Origin: Octopus vulgaris
Taxonomy: Eukaryota
Assembly: GCA_951406725.2 (NCBI GenBank)
Contig: OX597825.1
Coordinates: 83,142,001-83,206,000 of the forward strand
DNA length: 64,000 nucleotides
Direction of reading: 5' to 3'
Below the pieces are notes generated by a model. It was not told the DNA's origin. It was given only the letters and a program-made list of their open reading frames with translations, and did not search any database. Made by a program: the position numbers and the translations under genes. Positions 1-14,084 of the stretch are shown piece after piece. Numbering within the stretch: position 1 is the stretch's first letter; each line of letters opens with the position of its first letter.

Positions 1-58
1 GACAGACGAAATACCGCTAAGCATTTCGCCCGACGTGCTAACGTTTCTGCCAGCTCAC
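1..58 (-). mobile_element. tRNA-derived SINE, family A, head end (runs off the window)
   Basis: Reverse complement matches the family A head gagctggcagaaacgttagcacg..gggcgaaatgcttagcggtatttcgtctg seen at 4755 and 5369. Confidence 0.85.
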
Positions 59-1467
59 TTCATTCAAAATGATGTAAACTTATAATGACGGAAAATGTAA
101 TATCGCAATTGAAGTCGGGATGCAGTAATTAATGACTTTTGGGTTCGTTCCATAGCAGGTCTCTTTCAACATAATCAAGGCCCGTCCAAGACATTCGAGT
201 AAATTATGGTAAACAGGAAATGTGTAGAATCCCATCCAAGGAACAGTTTATTCTCAGAGTGTAGAATTAATCAACCATCGAGTTTGACAGAACAACCTGG
301 TTCTTAAGTGCCGCATTAGGAGTACTTGTATTAGATCACTGGTCTAGGATTATCTCCAGAGCACCTCGGCCCGAGTGTCAGGAATCGTTAAAAAGGATAA
401 ATGAGGTTATGCATACTTGACTGGGTAAATGAAAAAGGCATAAAAACGTAGAGAATAAACAAATAAAATATGAAACTGGAAGTAGATTTCATAGATGAAC
501 CATGAAGATGAATTTGAAGAATCAGTATGTAAAAGTGGGTAAAATTAAAGCAGCTCATTTTGGCAGCCACTCCACTGAGTCAAAATTTTGGCCTCAATGA
601 CACACCTTTGATATTTCCCGAATCGATGAAATAAATACCAGTAATATACTACGTTGTGGCAAATGATATGTTTATGATTATAATCGATCGATGTTTTCAT
701 GTTGATAATACAAATACTAAATAGACGTTAGTGAGTACGGGTTGACTATCCTGAACCAGCGATTAATTGGTAGGGGGAATCTATTTCGTAAGGTATCTTA
801 CGAGCCTAATCAGTGAACGGAGAACTCCAGTTTTTCAGGATGTAGCGCTTGAAATGGATACATTGTGTGAATATCTCTACGAATTTTATCTCACTATCGC
901 TTGATCAGAAAAAGAAACAGAGAGAAAAAAAAGAACATAAGTGCTAAAACATTTCAAGGTGGTTCCCAAACATGGCTGCAGTCCAATGACTGAAACAAGT
1001 ATAATACGAAAGATAAATGTTGTTAATTGTGAAACTAAATGTGTATGCGATAACAAAAAAAACTTGCGTCCGCAGTATATGCCTTGCGTCGTTTAGTTAA
1101 GAATCTTTGTATGCGGGATTATTAGCTTCAGTCGTAAATCTAAGACGCGAAATTCTGCACTACACCAACATCTGGCCATAATCTAAGAGTAAATATGAGC
1201 AGAAATTTGTGGATCTGAGCCAATTACTGGCTTAGTCATTAATTCGCAAGAGGGCTAACCAGTGAGTGAGAGGGAGATTATAATCGAGATTAAGAATGTA
1301 CGATAAGTTTCCAAAGTTTGATAGTGATAGAACCTGCTGTAGAAGTCTATATTTCCAGGTGAGATAAATTCCTTGGTAAAATTGGAAGAAAATTGGATCC
1401 GTTTATCTAAAGATTAATACAAGGATGGATTGGAACGAACTGAAATGAGAAAACAAGGAAAATTAAC

Positions 1468-1682
1468 ATTGATTGATTGATTAATTGATTCTAGTTTCAA
1501 CTCACGAGCTGTGGCCATGCTGGGGCACCGCCATTTGGTGTTGCTACATGGTTTTTACTTCACGAATGCTTTTTAGCAATTGCCATTTGGTGCATGAGAG
1601 AGTTCGATGCAGCTGCCCTCATCTGCACCTCCTGCCGTGAAGTTGGTTCATCTGGGATACCTGACAAGAAGAGATCCAGTTT
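1468..1682 (-). mobile_element. 3' end of a CR1-like LINE: ORF2 C-terminus, 3'UTR and (AATC)n tail
   Basis: Minus strand translates KLDLFLSGIPDEPTSRQEVQMRAAASNSLMHQMAIAKKHS*, the LDxFLxxIPDEP..RAAxSNSL end of invertebrate CR1-group ORF2. It is followed by ggcggtgccccagcatggccacagctc..gaaactag and (aatc)n. Confidence 0.75.
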
Positions 1683-2310
1683 CATTTTATTTACTTTACT
1701 TTATTTATATTTGACGGATATTTGCCCTCTTAAACACTACGCCATATGCCTGTAGTTAAGAACGCGGGCTACTAGCCCCAAGATTCCGAGTTCAATTCTT
1801 ATAGACGACAGTTTTGATGCATTTTGTGCAATTATTACCATCGAAATTTTCGTTTTATTCATTAGATTCATATGTCAAAAGTAAGCTGCTTATTTTTTAT
1901 TACTCCAAGCGTATATTAAATGCACGTTTATTTCCGTACTGCATCAGTACTTATCATTAATCGTCATTTTGCTGAGAATTTTGAATAATATAGATGTGTC
2001 TTCTGGTAATCTTTGCATACCTGGTATTTTGTGTTGTGTGATGTGCATTGTAATTTGTTTTTTTCTGTAAATGGATGATATTTAGTTTTGTAAGGTTAGT
2101 ACGAATAGTTAGAGCCAGGAAGACTATAACCAACTCGTTGGCAATCGAATATATATTTGAAATTTTGTTAGTATTACTCTGCGGAAAATATTTTCCAGTA
2201 TTTGCAACTCTTATGCATACAGAAACAATACATGTTCTAAATCTGTCAGAGAGATTTATGCAGTAGCAGCACGATAAAGTGACAGTATGTTGTCAACTTA
2301 ATGTGACAGC

Positions 2311-2692
2311 CCGATGAAAGGGAAGAATGTTACTGTTATTTAGCCCTAGGAAACACCGTTTCCTGTTGGACTTCTCACATTTCCTGTGTCCTTATGTTTT
2401 CAAAGTGGAGACAAGCACCTCCACCCAGCAAAACCAGCAACCAGAGATTAGTTTCAGAGCCATTGCTCATCATATATATTTTCAAAGGCAGATAGGCATC
2501 GACAGGTAGCAAGCCATGCTACTCCAGACTGATAATGAGCAAGGACTCTGAAACTAGTCTCTGGTGGCTGGTTATGCTGGGTGGAAGTGCTTGTCTCCAC
2601 TTTGAAAACATCAGGACATAGGAAATGTGTCAGATCCAACAAGAAATGGTGTTTCCTAGGGCCAAATAACAGTAGCATTGTTCCCTTTTATG
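2311..2692. repeat. Inverted repeat (~160-bp arms, ~60-bp spacer), probable Penelope-like pLTR pair
   Basis: Arms ~2311-2473 and ~2530-2692 are reverse complements (ORFs 2327+ and 2454- translate to near-identical peptides). Both inner ends carry a hammerhead remnant. Confidence 0.85.
2524..2564 (+). ncRNA. Minimal type I hammerhead ribozyme motif, degenerate (G8>A)
   Basis: ccaga CTGATAA tgagc-aagg-actct GAAA ctag TC tctgg; stem I ccaga/tctgg. The other arm retains ATGA and an intact stem II gagc/gctc. Confidence 0.6.
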
Positions 2693-3821
2693 GGGAACAA
2701 TGGTCTGTTTTATTTTGCAGATCTCTTTATCTGTTCATTATTTACATTATTTATATTTGACAGATATTTGTACTCATCTTGTTTGTTGTTAACACAACGT
2801 TTCGGCTGAAAATATTGTAAATAATTTACATAATTCCTCATCTTTTAAATATAGACCTGCACTCTTTATCCGTTGCTTTATTTGTGGTTGATAGTGTAAA
2901 AGCCCTGCTCGACCTTCATCTTTTTGCCACTAGAAATTTGTATCTCTCTGGCCATTCACTATTTCCATGCAAATATATGTTTATTTGTGAGTGGGGTTTA
3001 AATGGACGCCTTGCCTCTATTGATTTCTGTGTGAAGGTTTATGTCTCGAAATAGAATCATTGAGCTATTGTGGCGTTTACTGTTACTATAGAGGGCGCTG
3101 AATTTTTTGAAAATGTTATTTCTAAGTCTTCTTTAATTCCTCGCCGTCTTCCGGTGTCTCCTTTAGAGTGCGTGTGCCGTATACATATAAATATCTCATA
3201 CGTAGAGTTTTTTAAAGTCTTAGTACACTTTTTCACTCTCTAATGAATGTAAATGTGAACCTTTGGGGAGAATTCGTAGCTACTTAACGTTATTGATTAA
3301 TATATTTCGGTGCGAACACCGAAGATATCTTTTCTATTGTAAGGTACACTAACGATGTCTTCAGTGCGTTGCGCGTTGCTGTGTGTAGTAGAAGTCTTAG
3401 CCGTTTCTATGCATTGGTATATATATAGTGCATATTGTTTGTGCCAATTGAATTTTGGAAAACGGACCTATTACGGCAAAGTCGGTGGTGTTGATGATTA
3501 TTGAGGTTTCTTCTTTGATCTCTTGAAACTATTCGGATGATAAAATAATTTATATCACCTGTGTGTATAGTTTAATTATGACATTGCTTAATTGCTTAGC
3601 GATCTTCGGTCTAAGTGTATTTATTTAATTGTGATTCAACGGATGTTTATTTATTTATTATTTATTTATCTTTTTTTGCGGTGTTTACTAAAATAATCAC
3701 CGGAGAAAATTTACTCTTTATTCAAATACAAATAATGACTTTTACATTTGCGTTTTATCTCAGTAATTAGTCTATCCAGATTAACTTTAATTGAATAGTA
3801 TTGCGTTTACTCTTTTTGTTT

Positions 3822-4044
3822 TCTTTTTACTTGTTTCAGTCATTTGACTGCGGCCATGCTGGAGCACCGCCTATAGTCGAGCAAATAAATCGAGGTTATT
3901 CTTTGGAAGCCTAGTACTTATTCTATCGGTCTCTTACGCCGAACCGCTAACTTACTGGGACGTAAACACACCAGCATCGTTTGTCAAGCCATGTTGGGGG
4001 ACAAACAAAGACACACAAACATATACACACACATTAATACATGA

Positions 4045-4120
<76 letters not shown>

Positions 4121-4207
4121 GACGGGCTTCTTTCAGTTTCCCTCTACCAAATCCACTCACAAGGCTTTGGTCGGCCCGAGGCTATAGTAGAAGACACTTG
4201 CCCAAGG
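3822..4207 (-). mobile_element. tRNA-derived SINE family B, 5'-truncated, with internal (CA)n(TA)n
   Basis: Matches the full copies at 9583 and 36720; tail ggcggtgctccagcatggccgcagtcaaatgactgaaacaag. Confidence 0.85.
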
Positions 4208-4467
4208 TTACGAAGTCAAGTGTTTCAGTTGATCCGATCAAATGGAACAACCTGTTCTTTAGATTTATGAGCAAGTCGGTGGGTGAGTGCTCCGCATATA
4301 CTTTTGAACGTAGTTCTCAGGGAGATTCAACATGATACAGACTTTGACAAGGCGGGTCCTTTAAATTACAGGGGCAATGTCAAAAAGAATGTCCAGCTCA
4401 GAGGCAGAACGCACTGCCGGGAATCGAACTCAAGACCGTGAACCGAATACACTAGCCACTAAACCAC
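4208..4467 (-). mobile_element. Degenerate tRNA-derived SINE (family D)
   Basis: Minus-strand head ggtggtttagtggctag..gagttcgattcccggc (A/B boxes); body cagttgatccgatcaa.ggaaca.cctg recurs at ~63140. Confidence 0.6.
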
Positions 4468-4516
4468 CTACCTTCGCAGCAGAAGAATTAGGATCAAATC
4501 AAAGAAACAGATAGAG

Positions 4517-5567
4517 TAAGGCGGTGAGCTGGCAGAGTCATTAGCATGCCGGGCGAAATGCTTAGCGGTATTTTGTCTGTCTTTTGTTTCTGAGTTCAAA
4601 TTCCACCGATATCGATTTTTGCCTTTTATCCTTTCGGAGATCGATAAATTAAGTGCCAGCTGCGTACTGGTGTCGATGTAATCAACTGGCCCACTTTTCA
4701 AAAAATTTCGGGCCTTGTGCTAGATTAGAAAAGATTATTTATACATTTGTAAATAAGGCGGTGAGCTGGCAGAACCGTTAGCACGCCGAGCGAAATGCGT
4801 AGCCGTATTTCGTCTGCTGCTACGTTCTGAGTTCAAATTCCGCCGAGTTCGACTTTGCCGTTCATCCTTTCGAGGTCGATAAATTAAGTACGAGTTACGC
4901 ACTGGGGTGGATGTAATCGACTTAATCCGTTTCTCTGTCCTTGTTTGTCCTCTCTGTGTTTAGTCCCTTGTGGGTAGTAAAGAAATAGTTATTTCGTCTG
5001 CCGTTACGTTATGAGTTCAAATTCCGCCAATGTCGACTTTGCCTTTCATCCTTTCGGGTTCGATAAATTAGGTACTAGTTGCATACTGGGGTCGATCTAA
5101 TCGACTGCCCCACCAAAAAAATTCGGGCCTTCTGAGTTCTGAGTTCTGAGTTCAAATTTCACCGAGATCGACTTGGCCTTTCATTCTTTCAGGATCGATT
5201 AAATAAGTACCAGTTACACACTGTGGTCGATGTAATCGACTTAATCCTTTTGTCAGTCCTTTTTTGTCTGAGGTGGCATTCATCAACTTTTAGACATTAT
5301 ATTATAAAAATATGCATACATGTATAACATATGTTGGCAATAAAGAAATAATTATATATCTTTGACTTAAGGCAGCGAGCTGGCAGAATCGTTAGCACGC
5401 CGGGTGAAATGCTTAGCGGTGTCTCGCTCGTCGAAACGTTGTGAGTTCAAATACCGCCGAGGTCGACTTTGCCTTTCATCCTTTTGAGGATCGATAAAAT
5501 ATGTACCAGTTAAACTCTCGGTTCGATGTAATCAAATAAATCACTTCCCCGAAATTTGAGGCCTTGT
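4517..5567 (+). mobile_element. Cluster of family A SINE copies and units (4517-4738, 4755-5265 multimer, 5369-5567)
   Basis: Repeated head aaggcggtgagctggcaga, B box gagttcaaatt and central gcctttcatcctttcg.ggtcgataaattaagtacc (resembles the Meta-SINE domain). Confidence 0.85.
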
Positions 5568-6194
5568 AAAGGACTATATATCTTTAACTTGTTTCAGTCA
5601 TTGGACAGCGACCATGCTGGAGTCTGATCGAGGCAAATCAACACATGTACTTATGTTTTTATACATACCTATATGTCTATGCATACATACACACATACAT
5701 CGACATGCACCTTTGTATGTGTCTGCATCTGTTTGTATACATTTGTACTCGTGTGTGTGTGTGTGTGTGCGTGTAGGTGATATGCACTATAATTGATTTT
5801 TGAGTAAACAATTCCCGATAGAATAACTATATTAGCACACCTCCTCCATTCAGCATTCGCCGAAATACCTTAGTTTATATTCTAATGCAATAATCCCCTC
5901 AGATAAATCTATGTGAGTATTCGTCAATGACATGAAACAAGCAAAAAAATACTAGCTGTCACCTAAGAAATATGGAAACCTGTTCCAAACTGAATATTTA
6001 ATAAATTCCATTCAGAATAGCATTTTATGCATGAGTTATTGCTAACTTTAATTTTAAATTAGAAGGTGGCCAATTTAATAGAATAAAATGTAATATGATA
6101 TGATATAAATATAATAAAATACGCGCATATATTCATAAACGCACACACACACAAAGATAAAGACACACACATATATATACATGGATACATATAG

Positions 6195-6229
<35 letters not shown>

Positions 6230-6429
6230 TAGATAGATAGATAGATAGATACATAAACCATACATATACACGGACACACACATACGCACATAGAGTTTTA
6301 TGTTTCGTTATAGATAGGATCAACAAAAAAGCGTACGCTATCCAGACCGGTGAGAGATAAATATGATTTAATATAGCTAATTTAAATAAAAGTGCTAACA
6401 ATAGTGACTTTTTGAAAATTGTGTGCGTA

Positions 6430-6895
6430 GGTTCTGAGTTCAAATTCCACCGAGATAGTCTTTGCCTTTCCAGTTGCGTACTAGGGTCGATCTAATCGAC
6501 TGGCCCCATCCAAAAAAAATGTTGGGCCTTCTGCCTTAGTAGATAGGATTATAACGACAGGAATCCGTAACTGGTACATTTTTAATCGACCCTGAAATGA
6601 TGAAAGGCAAAGTCGATCTCGGCGGATTTTGAACTCAGAACATAACGGCATACAAAATACCTATTTCTTTATTACCCACAAGGGGCTAAACACAGAGAGG
6701 ACAAACAAGGACATATAAACGGATTAAGTCGATTACATCGACCACAGTGCGTAACTGGTACTTATTTAATCGACCCCGAAAGGATGAAAGGCAAAGTCGA
6801 CCTCGGCGGAATTTGAACTCAGAACGTAACGTCAGACGAAATACCGCTAAGCATTTCGACCGGCATGCTAACGTTTCTGTCAGCTCGCCTCCTTA
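6430..6895. mobile_element. Two family A SINEs: + fragment 6430-6550 and - dimer 6570-6895
   Basis: Direct sequence match to 4755-5130. Confidence 0.8.
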
Positions 6896-7069
6896 TTCCT
6901 GAAGTTATAATGTCTCCGAAACAATGGTCAGTAGTAAACTACCTAAAAGAAATATACATACAGACATCTGCAAATATATACAAGCGCACATACATAAAAG
7001 TGTGCATACAGATGTACATGCACCATATATGCATATATGCCTTTATCACCCACGCACACACTCAAACAC

Positions 7070-7118
<49 letters not shown>

Positions 7119-7119
7119 T

Positions 7120-7575
7120 ATAGGTGTGGATTTGTCATAAGAAGCTTGCTTCCCAAACACATGGCTACGGTTTCAGTCCCATTGCGTGGCGCATTGGGAA
7201 GTATCTTCCACAATATCGTCTGACTGAACAAAACCCTGTGAGTGGATTGGGTAGACGGAAACTGAAAGAAGCCCGTTGTAAATGTATATATATTTATTTG
7301 TATGTCTGTGTTTGTGCATGTTCGCGTGTGTGTGTGTGTATGTTTGTGCACATGTGTGTATGCGTGTGATTGTGTCACAATTCGAGCGCCGTTACCACCA
7401 CCGCTTGACAACCGGTGCTGGTGTGTTTACATCCCCGTAATTTACTGGTTCGGGACAGGAAACCGATAGTATAAGTATCAGCTTAAAAAAAGCAGGAGTT
7501 GAGTCGATTCATTAGACTAAAAATTCTTCAAGATGATGCCACAGCATGGCCGCACTCTAATGACTGAAACAAGCT
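7120..7575 (+). mobile_element. SINE family B, diverged full-length copy
   Basis: Head, gtgagtggatt.ggtagacggaaactgaaagaagcccg domain, internal microsatellite and tail are colinear with 9583-9985. Confidence 0.8.
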
Positions 7576-7586
7576 AAATATATGTG

Positions 7587-7663
<77 letters not shown>

Positions 7664-7875
7664 AGTTTCTGAAATATTCTTATTTAATGTATATATGTAT
7701 GCATGTATGTATGTATGTATGTATGTATGCAAACGTGCCTGTATTGTTCTTGTGATGTATAATCTCTGCTTGCCTTCCAGCAGATTAAAATTATCCTCTT
7801 AGTTTTGTTTAATAAATGCATATTAATATTTCTGTACTAAATTAAACAAGCAAGCTTACATACACACATGCACCC

Positions 7876-7917
<42 letters not shown>

Positions 7918-9582
7918 CCATACACACGCATACACACGCATATACACGCATATATCTTAAGAGTTCAGCAATGCTAATAACATTGAAAGCAGGTAAATCC
8001 TTTTATTACAAGAATGTAAGTGAAGACAACAATTGATGAAACTGGAATCAAAATTCATTTAATCACGGCATTGTCTTTCAGAGTCTAGTTTATGCCGTTA
8101 TATTTTAGTTTCCAAATTCAAAATATGAATCCACACAAGAACACATCTTACCGCGTAAGAATGCCATGGTTTATCTTGGAGTGTTTAGGATTTTTTTAAA
8201 GGCAAATTTCTGATATATTCTTATTTAATGCTGACCTAAATACGCATCCGTTTTTCTCTTCACCGTTCACTTCTTCACTTCTTCGCCGTAGTCTTTATAA
8301 TCTTTTGCCTGTAACGTATTGGAGCTCTTCCGATTGGCTCTCCTTCGATCACTTGGATATCATGTGCCAACTACGTAGGTCACGTGTTATTCCTTTATTC
8401 TTTTGGTAGTTTCAGACTTTCGCATATTCATGCAGGCGTTTCACCTGCAAAGATTTTTCTTCATGCACACACATATATAATATCGCCTATAATATATTTC
8501 CTCTCCTCTTCACCGTTCCCTCTCTCTCACTCCACCTCTTCGAATGTCTCGTCTTTCTGTCCACAACCTTCGTAAAGAAAAATATGCTTATACTGTCTCC
8601 TTCATAAGCTCGTCTTCCGCGCGTTCAGAATAATTTTTTATCCACTCGGCTTAATAGCACTCACCGTTTGTTTTTATTATTTTGTTCACACTGTCCTGTT
8701 CTTGTTATCACTTTCATCCTCCGCAAAAAATCCCAAATTTTATTTAATTTGCTTTGCGGGAAGGAATGTTTCAACGAAGCCGCGTGTTGTCCTTGCCTTC
8801 GGAACGTGGAGTAGTTGAAAGAGGGACAACTGAAGAAGGGAAATATTCTCTATGTTGTATGTCTCGTTTCTCAGTTTTTTTTTCGTTGTTCGAAAAACAG
8901 TTCGTTTCTATATTTCTGTTTTTAAGTTTTCGTTTCTGATTGTGTTCAACGTTTTTTGATGTCCTGTACCCATATATGCATGTATATATACATATATATG
9001 TAGGTATGTACATATATGCGTGCATATATGCATATATTTATATTATATATATATATATATATATATTTGTGTGTGTGTGTGTGTGATGTACTGTTCAACA
9101 AAGATCAACAAAAAAGTGCTCCATCTGGTGAGAGATAAACATTATTTATTTAAAGAGCACAATACATCGCTTTAAGTGCGACTATTACTTTCGTATCTTC
9201 AGAAATATCTCAAACGTATTCATCAGGCAAAAACCACTTATAACGAACTGAAAAAAAAGTTGAATAAAAGAAAAAACGCGGGAAAGCTAAGAAGGCAGCA
9301 TATAGGAAACGCGGAATGTTAAAAAAAAAAACGGAAAACGAAAAGGTAAATACTAAAATGTAAAAAATAAAAAAGGTAAAGGTTTTTCCCTCCTTACCTT
9401 AAATTATAAGGCTGGAAAGATATCATCAGATTAATCTGGTAGAGGCGTAATTTTCCAGTTCTTCAAAACATATGTGTGTCTGTGTGTATGCACTTGTATA
9501 CATGTATGTATGTCTGTGCTTGTTATATGTATATGGGTTTCTGAGTGCTTGTTTATGCTTTTGACACTAGGCTTCGTTCATG

Positions 9583-9750
9583 TAGGCGTAGGAGTGGCTG
9601 CATGGTAAGTAGCTTGCTCAACAACCACATGGTTCCGGGTTCAGTCCCATTGCGTGGCACATCGGGCAAGTGCCTTCTACTATAGCCTCGGGCCGACCAA
9701 AGCCTTGTGAGCGGATTTGGTAGACGGAAACTCAAAAGAAGCCCGTCGTA

Positions 9751-9787
<37 letters not shown>

Positions 9788-9985
9788 GTTTGTCCTCCCA
9801 ACATCGCTTGACAACCGATGCTGGTGCGTTTACCTCCCCGTCACTTAGCGGTTTGGCAAAAAAGAATGATAGAATAAGTACTAGGCTTTCAAAGAATAAA
9901 TCATGGGGTCGATTTGCTCGACTAAAGTCGGTGCTCCAGCATGGCCGTAGTCAAATGACTGAAACAAGTAAAAGAATAAACGAAT
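9583..9985 (+). mobile_element. SINE family B, full length
   Basis: tRNA-like head aggcgtaggagtggctgcatggtaag..gggttcagtccc, internal (TG)n and CR1-like tail ending gaaacaagtaaaaga. Confidence 0.9.
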
Positions 9986-10129
9986 AGGAAAACTAAAAGA
10001 TAATCAATGCTAAGAGCAAAATTGTACCTGCATATGTAAATGAAGCTTTCGTTAAGTGTATATGTGCCTAATGATAGATTTTTTGTGGTTAAACAAACTA
10101 TGTGTTACAAAAATAATTATTTCTTCTAA

Positions 10130-10496
10130 AAGCTCAAGGTTTGAAATGTGCAGGGGAGGGGAATAGTCGAATACGTAGACCCCAGTGCACAATTGGTACT
10201 TAATTAACCGACCCCGAAAGTTTGAAAGGCAAAGTCAATCACCGAGGAATCTAAACTCTGAATGTAAAGAATGTAATAGTAATAATAAGCGTTTCTACTA
10301 TAGGCACAAGGCTTGAAATTTTGAGAGAGGGGGCTACTCGTTTAGATCAACCCCAGGTCTCAACTGGTACCTTATTTATCGACATCCCGAAACAATATAA
10401 AGAAGCAAAGTTGACCTCGGGGTCAGAACGTAGTGGAGGGCGAAATACTGCTAAGCATTTCATCCAGCGTGCTAACGATTTTGCCAGCATGCTACC

Positions 10497-10497
<1 letters not shown>
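10130..10497 (-). mobile_element. Two degenerate family A SINE copies
   Basis: gaccccgaaag..gaaaggcaaagtc and ctaagcattt..gcgtgctaacgattttgccagc motifs. Confidence 0.7.
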
Positions 10498-10551
<54 letters not shown>

Positions 10552-10552
10552 A

Positions 10553-10650
10553 TAAGGAGAACAGGAAGTACCAGATAATTGACATTACAGTCCCAAATTA
10601 TGAAAAAAAATCAATATGAGAGGAATAGAAAAAATGGTACCAGCACAAGG
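10553..10650 (+). mobile_element. R4/Dong-like LINE fragment (restriction-like endonuclease region)
   Basis: Reads KYQIIDITVPNYEKK../NMRGIEK, like the IIDIAVPxDxNIxxKExEK RLE motif; lies between (TAG)n and (TAA)n. Confidence 0.45.
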
Positions 10651-10719
10651 TTACTTGTTGTCCGATGTTAGGATATTTTGCTTTTCCAAATGTCTAATGT
10701 GTTGTGTGTATATGAATAA

Positions 10720-10920
<201 letters not shown>

Positions 10921-11099
10921 GGCGCAGATAGATTTCCTAGACAAACATATGTGTGGTTCACATCTGAAAGGAGTGAGACAAACACAAACCGTAAAACAAT
11001 ATGCATTGCGTTTCACATTTCGTCTGAAAATTGCGTTTCTGATTAAATAACACCATATGTGGATATGTTTGCGTGGGTCTGTGTGTACGCATGTGTGCA

Positions 11100-11131
11100 T
11101 GTATATATCTATCTATGAATATATATGTATG

Positions 11132-11191
<60 letters not shown>

Positions 11192-11339
11192 TTATTATTA
11201 CTGTCATTATTACGATATGTATATACATATAGGTTATATATATATAATTGCATAATATAATATATGCTTGTGTGTATATATATATATGTGTGTGTGTATG
11301 TGTGTGGACATATATGTGTTTGTATGCATATATATCTAT

Positions 11340-11383
<44 letters not shown>

Positions 11384-11705
11384 TTATACGTACATGTGTA
11401 TATATACATACAGGTGTATATAAATATAGGTACATAGGTATATATATATATATATATACATATACCTATATATTTATATATATATAGGTATATATATATG
11501 TTATATAGGTATATAGGTATATATATAAAACTATGTGTATATATAGGTATATATAGGTATATATAGACGTAGATATTTGTATATATATATAAGTATATAT
11601 ATATCTGCATGTATATATATATATGAGTGTATATATAAATACGTATATATGTACGTATATATATATGTGTGTATATGTATATATATATATGTATGTATAT
11701 ATATG
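11100..11705. repeat. Degenerate (TA)n-rich low-complexity tract
   Basis: Directly visible. Similar tracts lie at 12700-13330, 32820-33120, 42330-42650, 44460-45130, 48380-49230, 56660-57010 and 58670-58920. Confidence 0.95.
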
Positions 11706-11709
11706 CTGG

Positions 11710-11973
11710 ATTGGCGTATATTTTACACGTACAAATGATGTACCTACGCATAGTAAGCTTTAGGCGATCAATATATATGTTTATGAAGCCCTGGGTGACT
11801 AATTCTGAGATGTTTTGTCTTGTGAGGAGACCACAGTGGCAGCAGTATTAGGTGTGGCCGTACAAAGGATGAAAAAAGTGGTATGATGACACCTTGTTCT
11901 CTGGACCGGAAAGTTCTTAAGATCCAGGAACTCATCCTACGAGCTGTATCGACCTTCTTGTTGATGTGTGCAC
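11710..11973 (-). mobile_element. CR1-like LINE reverse transcriptase fragment
   Basis: Minus strand: AHINKKVDTARRMSSWILRTFRSREQGVIIPLFSSFVRPHL/YCCPLWSPHK, the WILRTFxSR..LVRPHLEYCxxxWSP motif of CR1-group RT, with a frameshift. Confidence 0.8.
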
Positions 11974-12898
11974 TATATATATATAGGTTAATATAAATAT
12001 ATATGTATGTATATATATATATATATTTATTTATCTCGGTATATATAAATAAGTATATAAATGTATGCCTGTATGCATGATTGTTGATCTATGTGCGTAT
12101 ATCTTCACTATGGATTCCATAACAAACCCTTCTAATATTATGGAAAATGGAAAAAAAAAATTGTGAAGTGTAAGATCGTAAAGATTGTGATGATATCAAC
12201 CTTGGTTCTTGCTTAACATCTTCAAAGATTTCTTTGAAGGAAACGGGAAATTAGCAAAAGCAATGCTTTGCGATATGTTTGCATGGATCGGTTACCCGTT
12301 GTGTCTGAGAGAAATTGCGAATGGAACAGAGAAATCGATGTTTTCTTTAATACAAATCAAGGGCAGAGTTGTTAGTTTGAGGAATGCGAATAAGAAAGTC
12401 GTGTAGCCTGTGGTTTGTGTGTGTGTTACGCAGGTTTGTGCGCGCGCACATATGTGTGTTAGTGTGGTGTAACTGTGTGCGTGTGGTGTAATTGGGTGTG
12501 TTTATGTATGTGTGTGTGTGGTGTAACCATGTGCGTGTGGTGTGATTGTGATTGTGTGTGTGTGTGTGTATATATGTGTGTGTAGGTGCGTGTGTGTGTA
12601 GGTAATATAGATTACATGTATATCAAAGAGATACATCTTCATTTCCTGATGCATGAAGGAAGGTACTAACGTTCACAGTTAAGATATAATTATGCATATA
12701 GTTATGTATATATGCAGACGCATACACAAACGCACGCACAACCACACACACACATACACATACACAGAAAAACGCATTCACACACACACGTAGATACATA
12801 CACAAACACTCCTATACTATACATATACCTATATATATATACATATATATATACATACACATATATAGATATACATATATATACATATACATATCTAC

Positions 12899-12929
<31 letters not shown>

Positions 12930-12972
12930 TATATATATATATATATACATATATACATACACATATATAGGT

Positions 12973-13004
<32 letters not shown>

Positions 13005-13140
13005 ATACATATACTCATATATATACATGTATGTATATGTAAATATGCATATATCTACATATACATATACACATATGTATATACATTCATATACATATAT
13101 ATATACACCCACACCCACACATATATATATATATATTCGT

Positions 13141-13174
<34 letters not shown>

Positions 13175-13210
13175 ATACATTGTATAGATATATGTATATA
13201 TATATATGTG

Positions 13211-13287
<77 letters not shown>

Positions 13288-13439
13288 ATGTTTATATATA
13301 CATATGTGCCTGTATATACGTGTATAAAAATATTTGTGTTTCAAGTGAGTTCATATAAGAGAATGAGGCAGATACTCTTTAGGAGCGTCTGAAAGACTGG
13401 CGATTTACACAGAAATGTAAACATAAATATATGTATTCA

Positions 13440-13665
13440 TTCTTTTAATCTTAGACTTGTTTCAGTCATTTGACTGCGGCCATGTTGGAGCAGCGTCTGT
13501 AGTCGAACAGATCGACTCCCCGATTCCAGGACTTATTCTTTGAGAGCCTACTACTTATTTTATCGGTCTCTTTTTCCGAACTGCTAAATTACCGGAACAT
13601 AATCACGCCATCATCGTTTCTGAAGCGATGGGTGGGGGGAGGTGGCAAACACATACACAAACATG
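13440..13665 (-). mobile_element. SINE family B, 3' part
   Basis: cttgtttcagtcatttgactgcggccatg tail. Confidence 0.75.
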
Positions 13666-14084
13666 TATATATATATATACATATACATATATACATACAT
13701 ACATACATACATACATAGAGAGTGAGTGAAAGAGAGAGAGAGAGAGAGAAAGAAAGAGAGAGAAAGAGAGATAGACTGTGTCTCATCAAGTTAGTCTCGT
13801 GTTATTCTGTGCCTTATCTGTGGATGCACAGTAAATTTAAGCGGTCAAAACTCTATTGATGTTCCTTTGCATCGCCAGGTGTAACGCAGAATAGGAAAAC
13901 CTTATTCAAACCACAATATAATATATTACGTTGAGGTGGGGGTAGTAGATTACATCGACCCCATTGCTCGAAGCATATATGCGTATGTGTAATACACCCG
14001 ACCATCTGTCACCCTTTGCAGTATCGCTCATTGGATCTCTAGACATTTTTTGTGCTTTTTTAATTTCTCATTCTTTGCTGCCAA

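Noticed and set aside
2900-3700. Possible promoter or first exon (repeat-free, more CpG, cttccgg motif)
   Set aside because: No ORF, convincing splice site or other support from sequence alone
8300-8970. Probable old interspersed repeat or PLE remnant
   Set aside because: No second copy or diagnostic motif within the window to support a call
12209-12406. Non-repetitive short ORF as an exon (also 19005-19205, 23338-23538 and 35215-35375)
   Set aside because: No recognisable domain or consistent splice signals; the lengths are expected by chance
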